From a virus (taxonomy: Duplodnaviria > Caudoviricetes), in IMG/VR virus record IMGVR_UViG_3300029787_000061, positions 1-54,682 of that record: a stretch of 54,682 nt of DNA, one strand, 5' to 3'. Below are positions 36,705 to 47,335 of this stretch, in pieces. A program made the translations under genes and the position numbers. The first letter of the stretch is position 1; every line of letters starts with the position of its first letter. The notes beneath the pieces were generated by a model. It searched no databases and was not told where the DNA came from. It saw nothing but the letters and a program-made list of their open reading frames with translations.

Positions 36705-37700
36705 TTATGATGTACTGTTCTCTAGAATACTGCAGATGAATTCCATCTGAAGTGGTCCGACTAATCCACCTGTTGTCGTGACTCCAACATCAACTGTAAA
36801 GGTATTCGCAATTCCAACAAAAGTTGTTACACCTATATTGTTACCATTTGCTGCTGGATCAGTGCTTCGAGGATATTTTTTTTCTTTAAAATAATTATCT
36901 TGTGAACATTTAAAAACAAGTGACTCATTTGTAAATTGAATTGTATTTCCAGTCACAAGATTGTGTGGTGCAGCTGCAGTTACCGAAAGAATTCCTGTTA
37001 AAGAATCATAAGTTGTTCCCTTTATAACTTGTATTTTATTTCCATTTTGAGCACCAGATGTAACTGTAATTGCATCTTTTTCTGCACGAATAAAATTATG
37101 AAAGGATGCTCTAAAAGTATGAGGTAAAGTTTTTACAATACCTGTATTTGTTTCAAAATTTGTAGATCCAGCACCAACTTTATTAACCACAAATGCAACC
37201 TGCGGTGCAGGAAATATTGAACTTGTTATACCTGCCGTTGATGGGCAAGTAAAAGCAATTCCTGCCATTGTGATTTCATCATTCACACTAAAATTATGTG
37301 GATCTTGAGTCGTTACTGTGGTTAAACCTGTAGTATTATCATACTTAACATCATTAATTGTTGTTATACCTGTTTGTTCACCACTGATAACAATTGAATC
37401 TGATAAAACCGCATTTCTTTGAAGAACAAGTCTACCATCTATTAATATAAGTGAATCATTTGGAGGTATTTCACCATCTTTTATAATTCTATTATTTCTT
37501 ACGTTTCCTACTGTTCTAGTCGCAACACTTGTTCTTCGATGAGTGAAGGTTACAGTTGGAAAAGTATTCACTCCAACGTTTGATACCTGTGCAAACAAAA
37601 CAATCGCAGATGTTCCAACTGGAGCCTTATACAATTCCTGTTGTCCTGGAGCAACTGGAACTGCAATTGTCAAAAATTTATTTAGTGGTGCGATTGCCAT
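36705..37700 (-). CDS. Virion structural protein
   Basis: 331 aa, beta-rich, YDNTTG..H.F..D.I repeats; tightly coupled within the structural operon. Confidence 0.7.
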   Translation of the reverse strand: MAIAPLNKFLTIAVPVAPGQQELYKAPVGTSAIVLFAQVSNVGVNTFPTVTFTHRRTSVATRTVGNVRNNRIIKDGEIPPNDSLILIDGRLVLQRNAVLSDSIVISGEQTGITTINDVKYDNTTGLTTVTTQDPHNFSVNDEITMAGIAFTCPSTAGITSSIFPAPQVAFVVNKVGAGSTNFETNTGIVKTLPHTFRASFHNFIRAEKDAITVTSGAQNGNKIQVIKGTTYDSLTGILSVTAAAPHNLVTGNTIQFTNESLVFKCSQDNYFKEKKYPRSTDPAANGNNIGVTTFVGIANTFTVDVGVTTTGGLVGPLQMEFICSILENSTS

Positions 37701-37701
37701 A

Positions 37702-40700
37702 TTATCTTAATGCTAGTATTAATGGTGTAACTTCTGCTTGCAATGATCTACTAAAGTCTCTTCCTGAAATTGTCGAAGTTGTTTGATTTATTTGCAATCC
37801 TGAACCGATATCAAAGTTACCTTTTTGATCGGTTGATGTAAATGGAATTTGTGCTCCATCTTTTGCTACAATTTCATTTTCCTTTATAGGAATTGCACCT
37901 TGTAGAGGTGTCGCTATATTTATATCTGTACCTGTACCGACATATTCAAATGAGTGAGAACTTGTCAATACTCGACTAATTCTTTGAAGTGTAAATGGAT
38001 CATCTGGGAATAATTCATAAGGAATAAATTCATTAAAAGTTAATGTAGATATTCCACTTACATTTTCTGTTTTAGTTGCTGATTCAACTGTATAATATAT
38101 GGGTTCCATGACAGCAGTGGCAATTCCAGTTTCTCCTTCAATATCTACAACTATATTTTGAGTTGGAAGATAATTTCTACCCTGTGCCACCACAGTAATT
38201 GCAGTTATATTTCCAGTTGGACTTACTGTTGCTGTAGCTTCAGCAATAACTCCTTGTGGTCCTTTAGGTTCAACTTCACCATCATTATCTCTTATAAGAA
38301 CACTTGGTGGATCAAAAGCACTATATCCACTTGCATCAGCACCTTCAATTAAACTTATTGATCTAAGCTGTTGAAGTGGAGATGTGATTCTTCCACTTCC
38401 TTGAGTATCAGGATAATTATCTAAATCAATTTTAAAATATAATGCTTGTCCATCAAATGGTCTTCGAACTGCTCCAGTAAAAGGAAGATTATTATTACCA
38501 TCAGAATCATCTCTAACATTTGCACATACAACAGTGTCTTGATTATCAGCTATAGTGCTAGTTATAATTTCATTTGCTGTGTTTGTATTACTTACAATTC
38601 CTGTAAACTGAGTTGATCCTAATCCAACTGCAACTAAACCAAAATTACCAAAAGATGAGTTTGAGTTTGTAAGATCACACTGTGCACCAGATCCTGCGAA
38701 AATACCAATATCACAGTTAATAGTAAATATTGAAACCAATTGTGCATAAGCATCATTTGTTAAAGATACACCAATTCCATTTTCATTATATTGTGTAAAG
38801 GAATCACACACCATAGATTTTAAATCTGCACCTATGGTAGATGCAGTGGCATGATCTCCATTTATTTTCATTCCAATACTACTGGTCATGAAATTTGTAC
38901 AGTTTCTTACATATGGTGATCTCCATCTTCCACTTGGACCTTCGGTTGCAGGACCAGGATCTTTGTAACCACTAACTGCACCATGTCCACCACCTGATGG
39001 TGGAGGAAACGCAACGCATGCTGATCCATCATAACCAACTCCTACATTTGATCCACCAAAGTTTAAATTCTCAACAAGACATCCTCTTCTTACATGAAAA
39101 ACATCTTTGTTTTTATTTTTTGGTTTAATTATAACCAAACGAAGATCCTCTCCTGTAACTGAAACATCTGTTCTTAACCCAATTGGATTATCCTCTTCAT
39201 AAACACCAGGTCTAATCTTGATTGTATCAGTCTCAACTGCTATCGATGCTGCAGCACCAACAGTTGCTTTTGCATCACCTTCAAGTAATCCACTATTATT
39301 ATCAGATCCACTTTTAGAAACCCATATTGTTCTTTTAGTTTGAACTCCAGATGGTCTCCATGAAACACCAGTTCCGACTGATGCTAAACGATAATCATCT
39401 TTGACATATAATCCAGATGAATGAATTACACCACCACCTGATACAAATGTATGTTCAACTCCAGCAGATACACCACCATCTCCTAAATTAACTTGAAATG
39501 TGCTTATTCCAACATTCGATATAACTAACCATTTACCACTATTTGGATCTTTTGATCTTGGATATGATTGACTACCAGTTACACCATTATAATTACACTG
39601 GAAAGTTAATGTTCCATCTGGAATTTTAATCGAATCACCATTTGTAAAACCATGATTAGCAATGGTAATTGTCGTGATACCAGTTGTCGGATTATAAAAA
39701 GCATTAGTTATGTTATTTGAGAGAGCCTCAGCAACTGTAGTACCAACGTCATCATTACGGTCTTTAATCGTGCTATCAAAATCAGCAGTGCCAGTGAATG
39801 TTGAAACACCACTTACTTTTAAGGTATCTGTTTCTGTATGACCAGTTATATCAACACCTCTATCATTTGTCTCTAACTTAAGATTTCCTGAAGAATGTAA
39901 TTTAACATTATATGAACCACCACCTTCAACTATAATACCATCTGTTCCATTTGTACCTTGTATTTTAATACCCTTGTCAGAATTCGTCTGTTGAATGTAT
40001 AAATGACCAGTTTCTGCTCTGATATATGAATCACCATTATGATATATCTCTAGTCCGTCTGTTGTTCCAAATATTAATTGTTTATCATCTATTAATCTAA
40101 CATTATTATTAAATGTTGATAATCCTGTGATATTTAAAGTTTGTGATTCAAGATTTCCAAAAACTGTAATTCCAGATCCAACAGTTCTTAATTTTTCTAT
40201 ATTGGCAGTTATTCCATCTTGAGATACCCCTACCAGACTAACTGCACCACTATATCCGATACTTACAGATCCAAAGTTACCTGGTAATATGTTTATCTCA
40301 GAAATAAGTGCAGTATTTGTCTGACCTATTGATATAACATCAGTATCTTTCTGTATTACTGATCTTAAAAATCTAGCAGTATCACCAGCACCAGTGGCTT
40401 CTAATGAATAAAGACCAAAGTTTTCATTTACAATAATTGCACTATCAGTTTTTGTTTCCCCACTTGGATGTGGAGCAGTAAATGATCCACCTGTGAGGTG
40501 AATCATATTTGAGGTTATTATACCTGAATTTGATATTTTATTTGTAAATATCTGATTGTTAAATGTAGATACACCTACAAACGTTGATATTCCAGTTACA
40601 TTAAGTGTTTCTGAAATGTTAGTGGTATCTAACTCAGTTCTTCCGCTTACATCTAAATCTCCGTTGAAATCAGCGTTACCTCCCAATGTAAGGGTGGTTG

Positions 40701-42195
40701 CCATATCAACAGCACCATCTATATCAACAATATCAAGGTTTGTAGTTCCATCTACGTCTAAATCTCCATTAAAATCAACATTACCTCCCACTGTTAGGGT
40801 GGTTGCCATATCAACAGCACCATCTATATCAACATCATCAAGGTTTGTTACACCGTCAACATCTAAATCTCCATTTGCATCTATATTACCTGTAAATGTT
40901 GCTGTATCAGATACATTAAGAGCATCTAAATCAGTTTGACCATCTACATCTAGATTACCATTGGCATCTATATTACCTGATACACTTAAAGTTCCTTCTA
41001 ACTTTGTATTTCCAATTACATCTAATTTAACACTTGGAGCAGAACTTCCAATACCAACATTAGTCATTCTGTAAATGCCAGTGTCAATTCCAGCATGACC
41101 TTCCTCAACTCCCCAAAAATCAGAAGTAAATACAGTAGCTAAACCAGAACCTGCTGGAGTAGAAGTATCAGCAGCAGTTGCAGTTATATTATCAACTCCA
41201 ATACCGAAACTATTTTCTTGTGCAAAATTAACCGATGTAAAAGTTTGAGCAACTCCAGCAGCAGGAACTGACTGACCCTCATTCTCTAATTCAATTCCAT
41301 CTCCCTGTCCTGGTGCAATTTGTGTCCATCGAATACCAGTTCCAGTCCTCTTTAAAAAGAAGTTAGCTGCTCCAGGTGATCCCTCACTATCATAAATGTT
41401 TCTTGAAATTGAAACACTACCATCAATAACGAGTCTTAGAGCTCCTTGAGTACTGTTACTATACTCTCCTGTTAATGGTATAGGTTTAATAACATCAGTT
41501 CCAAGTCCAACTCCTGATGTCCGAATACCAACATCATTTACAATTAAATCACCTGAAGATATAACACCATCACTACTTGTTTCAAATTTTTTATAATTTG
41601 CATGCAGTAATTCTACACCTGCATTATTTGTAAATACTGCGTAATTTTGGTTATCAGATTGATTTGTTAAAGTAATTACATTTGATCTTATATCAAGAGT
41701 TCCACTGGCATCTTCAATTTCACTACCTCCAGCGGTTTTAACATTTACGGTATTGAAAAAGGTGGAAATTCCAGCAGAACTTAGTTGCTTTGTAAATAAA
41801 GTGCTTTTTTGAGTTGTGATACCAGTTAATGTTGATATACCCGTGACTAAAAGAGTTTCTAACTCTAAATCTTTTATTTTTGCCTTTCCAAATACATCAA
41901 GTAATTCTGTTGGTGTTGTGCTCCCAATACCAACTTTACCAGGATTTAAAAGTGAATCTACACTTAATACTGTTCCACCTATACCTACTTTTAAAAAATC
42001 TCTAACTTCTAAATCAGGAAATGATAAACCTTGATTAAAAGTAACTTGATTTGTAAATGTAGCAATACCAGTGATTGAAAGACTAGATGAATTAATTTCA
42101 GGAACGGTTAAAGATCCCTTAATATCAACATCTTTCAGAAAAGTTACATTTTCATTAAATTGTGCTTCATTACCAGTTACAGATATATTTGACAT
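37702..42195 (-). CDS. Large structural/tailspike-like protein with C-terminal beta-helix domain (1497 aa)
   Basis: Fibre-like N-half. C-half WVSKSGSDNNSG..IKIRPGVYEE..AQLVSIFTI..TNSNSSFGNFGL..SHSFEYVG resembles segments of the 1944-aa protein (VQIVSVFAI, TNSNSNFG, GHTFEYVG). Confidence 0.75.
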   Translation of the reverse strand: MSNISVTGNEAQFNENVTFLKDVDIKGSLTVPEINSSSLSITGIATFTNQVTFNQGLSFPDLEVRDFLKVGIGGTVLSVDSLLNPGKVGIGSTTPTELLDVFGKAKIKDLELETLLVTGISTLTGITTQKSTLFTKQLSSAGISTFFNTVNVKTAGGSEIEDASGTLDIRSNVITLTNQSDNQNYAVFTNNAGVELLHANYKKFETSSDGVISSGDLIVNDVGIRTSGVGLGTDVIKPIPLTGEYSNSTQGALRLVIDGSVSISRNIYDSEGSPGAANFFLKRTGTGIRWTQIAPGQGDGIELENEGQSVPAAGVAQTFTSVNFAQENSFGIGVDNITATAADTSTPAGSGLATVFTSDFWGVEEGHAGIDTGIYRMTNVGIGSSAPSVKLDVIGNTKLEGTLSVSGNIDANGNLDVDGQTDLDALNVSDTATFTGNIDANGDLDVDGVTNLDDVDIDGAVDMATTLTVGGNVDFNGDLDVDGTTNLDIVDIDGAVDMATTLTLGGNADFNGDLDVSGRTELDTTNISETLNVTGISTFVGVSTFNNQIFTNKISNSGIITSNMIHLTGGSFTAPHPSGETKTDSAIIVNENFGLYSLEATGAGDTARFLRSVIQKDTDVISIGQTNTALISEINILPGNFGSVSIGYSGAVSLVGVSQDGITANIEKLRTVGSGITVFGNLESQTLNITGLSTFNNNVRLIDDKQLIFGTTDGLEIYHNGDSYIRAETGHLYIQQTNSDKGIKIQGTNGTDGIIVEGGGSYNVKLHSSGNLKLETNDRGVDITGHTETDTLKVSGVSTFTGTADFDSTIKDRNDDVGTTVAEALSNNITNAFYNPTTGITTITIANHGFTNGDSIKIPDGTLTFQCNYNGVTGSQSYPRSKDPNSGKWLVISNVGISTFQVNLGDGGVSAGVEHTFVSGGGVIHSSGLYVKDDYRLASVGTGVSWRPSGVQTKRTIWVSKSGSDNNSGLLEGDAKATVGAAASIAVETDTIKIRPGVYEEDNPIGLRTDVSVTGEDLRLVIIKPKNKNKDVFHVRRGCLVENLNFGGSNVGVGYDGSACVAFPPPSGGGHGAVSGYKDPGPATEGPSGRWRSPYVRNCTNFMTSSIGMKINGDHATASTIGADLKSMVCDSFTQYNENGIGVSLTNDAYAQLVSIFTINCDIGIFAGSGAQCDLTNSNSSFGNFGLVAVGLGSTQFTGIVSNTNTANEIITSTIADNQDTVVCANVRDDSDGNNNLPFTGAVRRPFDGQALYFKIDLDNYPDTQGSGRITSPLQQLRSISLIEGADASGYSAFDPPSVLIRDNDGEVEPKGPQGVIAEATATVSPTGNITAITVVAQGRNYLPTQNIVVDIEGETGIATAVMEPIYYTVESATKTENVSGISTLTFNEFIPYELFPDDPFTLQRISRVLTSSHSFEYVGTGTDINIATPLQGAIPIKENEIVAKDGAQIPFTSTDQKGNFDIGSGLQINQTTSTISGRDFSRSLQAEVTPLILALR
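40651..40880. repeat. 105-bp (35-aa) tandem repeat, about 2.2 copies plus degenerate flanks
   Basis: TCTAAATCTCC recurs at 40652, 40757 and 40862; unit GDLDVDGxTNLDxVDIDGAVDMATTLTxGGNxDFN. Confidence 0.9.
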
Positions 42196-42198
42196 ATT

Positions 42199-42300
42199 TT
42201 AATCTCCCATACACAAATTATCAATACTTTCTTCAACGTCAGTTAAGTTTGTACTACTAATAATATTCAGTTTATTTACACTAAAACTTTTATCTGCCAT
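42199..42300 (-). pseudogene. 33-codon ORF, probable truncated structural-gene remnant or leader peptide
   Basis: MADKSFSVNKLNIISSTNLTDVEESIDNLCMGD*, directly behind late promoter ATAAATAACTAAAAA (42306-42320), ending 3 bp before the next ATG. Confidence 0.45.
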
Positions 42301-42327
42301 TGATATTTTTAGTTATTTATGTTGTTA

Positions 42328-44415
42328 TTAAGTAATAACAAGTTGACCACCAAAAGATATTCCATTACCTAAAAATCTCACAGAATATTCTCCGTCAACG
42401 GTAGGAGATTCACCTTCCCCTTCTTCTGCCTCTCCATCTCCTGTGAGAGGATTAAACAGAACACGATTTGATGCCCCTCTCAAATTACCATTGCCACGAA
42501 AATTATAAGATGTATTTGGAATTGATGCTTCATCGGTTGATGCATTGTATCCTAAAGACCAATATCCTGTGTCGTTTATTCCACTGTATGGATCAGACAT
42601 TAAATTATTTTTACATGCTGTGCCTGTCAACCATGTTCTAATTGAACTTTGTGTTGCTGTTCTGTTGTTTTGTAAATAAATCGCAATTACAGAGCAAAGA
42701 TTAGGACTGGCAGAACTTGTACCACCAAAAAACCTGTCGTAAAAATTTGAATTGTCTTGTCTTTGATAATTTTCATTATTAGCATATCCTGCAGTCAATG
42801 ATTGGTCTGCAGGTGCAAATATATCAACCATCGGACCATTTGCAGAATAAGCTGTTTTTCTTATGGAATATTTTGTGGCACCTTGCTTTTCATCTGCTGG
42901 TTCAACAGCACAATCTATTGCACCCACTCGAATTGTCCCCTTACCTATATCATGATCACCTGAAAATCCTTGTTGAACTCCTCCAACACGATTGATAAAA
43001 TCACCAGACGAATATGTGCTATCAGTATCATAATATTTGTTATTAAAATCAACATCATTTTTATCTGATAATTTTTGATTATCATTACCAGCTGAGGCAA
43101 CCATTATACATCCTGCAGTGATCGCATTTTCTGCAGCACTACTAGTAGAAGAATTTCGAGTCGGATACAAACCAGTTCCAGCAAAAGAATAGATACCTGA
43201 TCCATTACCATCGTTTTTATTAGCAGAAAGATATTTGTGATTACGACAAGCACCTGAATTTGATGGTGGATTTATGTCACTACCATTACCCGTATACGTT
43301 GTATTACTTCCCCTAAAAGAATGATAATAAGTTGTACCATTTGTATTTTCAGTTGAAGCAGTTCCACCATAACTATTATTGATTATGGTTGGATCAGGAT
43401 CGTTTGATGCTGCTTTTTTTGCATTGTGAAATATTGCACAAGCATTTAATGCAGTGGCCGAACTTAAGAATGCAGGGTCAGTATTAAATGAAATTCTAAC
43501 ATTCCAGAGATTACATTGAAATGCAAGTCCAAAATTCTTACCACCAATTTGCGCTGCACAAGATGTGCCATGTGAGCCTATCATTGCATTTGATCCATTT
43601 TTACTATGTGCATGTATTCTTGTGTAATTCGAATTAATTGTTACTGTTCCAAGACTTTGAAACGCAGCTGATCTTATAGATGTATTTGACCACCATTCTC
43701 TTGCTCTTGCCTCTTGAGCACGAGTTCCAATATTGACACCATCTATAGTTACTGTTGTTGTATATCCACTAAAAGCTGCTGGATCTGCTTTGTAAGGACC
43801 ATCAAGAATCACATCAAACACTCTATACGTATTACCACTAATAAATTCTGGGTGAAGAACTCCTACACCACTGTCAATTATTACAGCATCTACATTATTT
43901 CCAGTGACAGTGTAATTTATATCACGATCTACGGTATTTGTTGTAGTAATACCAACTCCTTGATATGGTTTACTATCTGGATCACTTACAAATAACATCG
44001 ACCAATTTGAACGAACATTATTTGTATATCCAGGAGTAAAATTTGCTATACCACCTGGTAATAATGGTTTTGGGAAAGCAACAACATTTCCAAATCTTGC
44101 AGTATGTGGAGATTCTGGTTGTGGATACTTATCAGGATTTAATTCTACACTTTCAACTCTATCATGTGTTTTGAGAATTTCTGACTCTGCAACACTCATC
44201 TCATATATGGCAGTTCTTAATGAAAATTCTTGAATGTTTGAACAGTTTACCTTTCGATTGGGTATTCCATCAATTTCATTTTCATTAATAATATAATTAT
44301 GAACTATCTCCCAATCTTCTGGTAAATTTACAACAACCACATACTCATCAATTGTATTTGGAGTGTAATTGATAATTGGTGTATCTGATGAATCTCCAAC
44401 GGTGCTAATACTCAT
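42328..44415 (-). CDS. Subtilisin-like (S8) serine protease, probably virion-associated
   Basis: Catalytic triad motifs AVIIDSG, HGTSCA and GGTSSASP; oxyanion ASAGND; INNSYGG; VDIFAP. Confidence 0.9.
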   Translation of the reverse strand: MSISTVGDSSDTPIINYTPNTIDEYVVVVNLPEDWEIVHNYIINENEIDGIPNRKVNCSNIQEFSLRTAIYEMSVAESEILKTHDRVESVELNPDKYPQPESPHTARFGNVVAFPKPLLPGGIANFTPGYTNNVRSNWSMLFVSDPDSKPYQGVGITTTNTVDRDINYTVTGNNVDAVIIDSGVGVLHPEFISGNTYRVFDVILDGPYKADPAAFSGYTTTVTIDGVNIGTRAQEARAREWWSNTSIRSAAFQSLGTVTINSNYTRIHAHSKNGSNAMIGSHGTSCAAQIGGKNFGLAFQCNLWNVRISFNTDPAFLSSATALNACAIFHNAKKAASNDPDPTIINNSYGGTASTENTNGTTYYHSFRGSNTTYTGNGSDINPPSNSGACRNHKYLSANKNDGNGSGIYSFAGTGLYPTRNSSTSSAAENAITAGCIMVASAGNDNQKLSDKNDVDFNNKYYDTDSTYSSGDFINRVGGVQQGFSGDHDIGKGTIRVGAIDCAVEPADEKQGATKYSIRKTAYSANGPMVDIFAPADQSLTAGYANNENYQRQDNSNFYDRFFGGTSSASPNLCSVIAIYLQNNRTATQSSIRTWLTGTACKNNLMSDPYSGINDTGYWSLGYNASTDEASIPNTSYNFRGNGNLRGASNRVLFNPLTGDGEAEEGEGESPTVDGEYSVRFLGNGISFGGQLVIT

Positions 44416-44423
44416 AATTTATG

Positions 44424-45020
44424 TTATCTACCTAAATCTGGTACATCTCCAGTTCCAGAAACAACTGGTTTTGATATAAATTTATCACCTGCAGGAGGAT
44501 TTTTAAGATAATCCTCACCAACATAACTACCTTTAAATACTCTCTGTAAAAAACCACCAGCAGTTTTCTCAATCAAATTGCCAATAAGACCTTTTGCTTG
44601 AACTTTTGTTCCTTTCAAAGTCACTGTTGATGCAGCATTTAAAGTTATATTTCGACCAGCCTTTAAATCAATATCTTCATCCGCCTGAACAATCACACTT
44701 CCTCCAGCAATTTTTACCTGACCATTACCCATTACAGTTATTGTAATATCTCCCTCAACTGAACTAATTTTAACTGATGTATCACTTCCACTATTTTTAG
44801 ATCCTGCGACCACTTCAATTGTTCTTTCATTATGAAGTCGATAAACTCCAGATTCACTTAAAGCAGAAAATTGTTTGTCTTTATTGTCGGTAACTGCATA
44901 CTGCAAATATGTATTTGGACCATCAGCTCCCATCTGTGGATTATTCACATCAATTCGAAACTTAGGACCTTTACTATCAATCGTCCTTGCTTCCCAATTT
45001 TGATTTGGTTTTTCAGCCAT
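44424..45020 (-). CDS. gp5 C-terminal-like central spike protein
   Basis: Alternating beta-strand repeats (DIDLKAGRNITLNA). Translationally coupled (TAATG) to gp5. Confidence 0.6.
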   Translation of the reverse strand: MAEKPNQNWEARTIDSKGPKFRIDVNNPQMGADGPNTYLQYAVTDNKDKQFSALSESGVYRLHNERTIEVVAGSKNSGSDTSVKISSVEGDITITVMGNGQVKIAGGSVIVQADEDIDLKAGRNITLNAASTVTLKGTKVQAKGLIGNLIEKTAGGFLQRVFKGSYVGEDYLKNPPAGDKFISKPVVSGTGDVPDLGR

Positions 45021-47335
45021 TAGTAACCTCCTCCATATCCACCACCACCTGACGGGGGAGAACTTGGTGGTGGACTACTTGGTGGTGGAGTTTGTGTATT
45101 TGTCATGGTTGATGTTGGAGTTATTGTTGGTTGATCTGTGGTATCTACTTGTGTAGTAGTAGATGCAACACCTATTACAGATGGTGTGAAACTTTGTTCA
45201 GGTGTATCATAAATTATTTCATGTGAAGAAGAAGTGTGTGCTATACCTACCATCTTCACACCCTTTGTTGGATGTATGTGATAGGGTCCGTAATATGGTT
45301 TACCATTTACATATCCAACCAAATTATTTGTTTCAGGTCCTACACAATCAATCACCTGTATCACTTCACCTTGTGGGGTGAGTGGTAATCTACCTATAAT
45401 TGGTTTAATAAGTGCTCCGACACCTGTGGATGAAGATACAATAATTTTAGGTATTTCAGTAACCTTAACGTTATTTATTGGACTCGCAGATATGATTACA
45501 CCATTATCAATAGTTAAATTATATCCATCTGCAAACGCATCAACATATCCTTGTCCACCATCTACTACTCTAGTGCCAATAACACCCACAGGAGTTTCAT
45601 CAGAATTTATGACATCATCAGTATTCGCACTCGGATAATTTTCACCGTCAGAAATCACATCAACAGCAATAATTTGTCCATAAGTATTTGAATTTGAATC
45701 GTAATCAATAACAGCTCTACCGACTGCACCATATCCTTGTCCACATGGATCTTCAAAACTTACAACGGGAGGAGTTGAGAAATATGTTGATCCTGGATCT
45801 GTAATCTCTACTCCAATGATACTTGCAGTTCGACTTACATCTGCAGTAACATCAGATAACCCCTCTGTATTATCTACAATACCACCCAATATTACTCGAC
45901 CCAATCCACCGATACCATCTCCACCAAAGAAACTAACAGTTGGAGGACCACAAAAAGTTTTAGAAGCACAATCTGGTTTTGTTAAAGGACCACTATCAGC
46001 ACCAAGTGTATCTGCGATATTCATATTTTTTAAAACATTATCATAAGCATCCTGTAAATCAAATGTTCTAGCAGCACCATATCCAAGAGTAAATTTTTTA
46101 ACTTGACCCACACATTTACCATCACTTTGATTACAATCTAAAACTCCACCAACTGATTTAAACACATCAGAACTACTTCGAAGAAAATCTTGAACTTTAA
46201 AACTTTTTGGAACAATATCACTCAATCCCTCAAGTGGTGCATCAAGAGCCGATGATATATCATTTGTAATTCCATTTAATAGTGAACCAGCTAATTGTTC
46301 AGTAATACATGTTCCAGTATCTACAACTTCAAAAACAGCTGATGTAATCATATCTCGAATTGTTTGCCCTAATCCATTAACAACTTTACCACTTAAACAA
46401 TTAAGATCACTTTGAAGAGATGCTACTTTTGATACTTGTGCTTTTTGTGCTTCAATACCTGCAATTTTTGCAAGACCACTATTTTGGGTGGTTGCAAGTA
46501 CAGTTCCATATACTTTATTATACAATGAATCCAATCCTCCCTGAAGTTCAGGAATCATACCTGAATACAAAGATTCCATCATTGTTGATACTGCACTATT
46601 TGATAAATTTTGTATTTTTTTAGTTACGTTCGCAACATCTGATAAAAAGTCTGTGCTTTCAGTTGCAACTGATAATAAATTATCCAAACTCGCAGACACT
46701 TTTCCTATAAAATTATCAGCACAAGCATCAGCAGGTATTTCTGCTTTTCCAAAAGTGGATGATGCTGCAATCTCTTTAGGATCTCCTTCTTTTTTATTTT
46801 TATTTAATTCATTAATTTGTTTTTGACTAAGTGTTCGTACACTTTTTTGATCATTCACACTAGCACCATTTGCTTCACCTGCATCTAATGTTCCATTTGG
46901 TGGTGGTATTTTATCAGTATATCCTGTGAATGGTATAAATCCAATAGATTCAGAAGGTAAACCTTGTGGAACATCATCTGTTCTTGCAAAAGAACCTAAT
47001 ATAACAGGTTGTTGTGCAGTTTCACCATCAAGAAAAAATCCAATTACGACATCACCTGGTCTTAATACGACAGTTGATGCAAAGTTCGATCCACCTGTGC
47101 CTGACGTAGAAGGAAGCATAACATTTGCCCAAGGTAAATCTTCATCTGCTAAGTCTGATTTCGAAAAAGGATGATACCCCATGATACGGACTTTTAATCT
47201 ATTACCCCATGACTTTACTCCATCTTTTGGTGCAAGTTGTTCACCTTGAACTGTCGATGGTGCAACTTGTCCTACCCACCAACGGAAACCATCTTTTCCT
47301 ACAAAATTACTTTTTAATAGTGCCTCATCTATCAT
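45020..47335 (-). CDS. gp5: Baseplate hub/central spike protein, T4 gp5-like (OB-fold N-terminus)
   Basis: FRWWVGQV..RLKVRIMGYHP..LPWANVMLP..LRPGDVVIGFFLDGETAQQPVILGS. Confidence 0.85.
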   Translation of the reverse strand: MIDEALLKSNFVGKDGFRWWVGQVAPSTVQGEQLAPKDGVKSWGNRLKVRIMGYHPFSKSDLADEDLPWANVMLPSTSGTGGSNFASTVVLRPGDVVIGFFLDGETAQQPVILGSFARTDDVPQGLPSESIGFIPFTGYTDKIPPPNGTLDAGEANGASVNDQKSVRTLSQKQINELNKNKKEGDPKEIAASSTFGKAEIPADACADNFIGKVSASLDNLLSVATESTDFLSDVANVTKKIQNLSNSAVSTMMESLYSGMIPELQGGLDSLYNKVYGTVLATTQNSGLAKIAGIEAQKAQVSKVASLQSDLNCLSGKVVNGLGQTIRDMITSAVFEVVDTGTCITEQLAGSLLNGITNDISSALDAPLEGLSDIVPKSFKVQDFLRSSSDVFKSVGGVLDCNQSDGKCVGQVKKFTLGYGAARTFDLQDAYDNVLKNMNIADTLGADSGPLTKPDCASKTFCGPPTVSFFGGDGIGGLGRVILGGIVDNTEGLSDVTADVSRTASIIGVEITDPGSTYFSTPPVVSFEDPCGQGYGAVGRAVIDYDSNSNTYGQIIAVDVISDGENYPSANTDDVINSDETPVGVIGTRVVDGGQGYVDAFADGYNLTIDNGVIISASPINNVKVTEIPKIIVSSSTGVGALIKPIIGRLPLTPQGEVIQVIDCVGPETNNLVGYVNGKPYYGPYHIHPTKGVKMVGIAHTSSSHEIIYDTPEQSFTPSVIGVASTTTQVDTTDQPTITPTSTMTNTQTPPPSSPPPSSPPSGGGGYGGGY

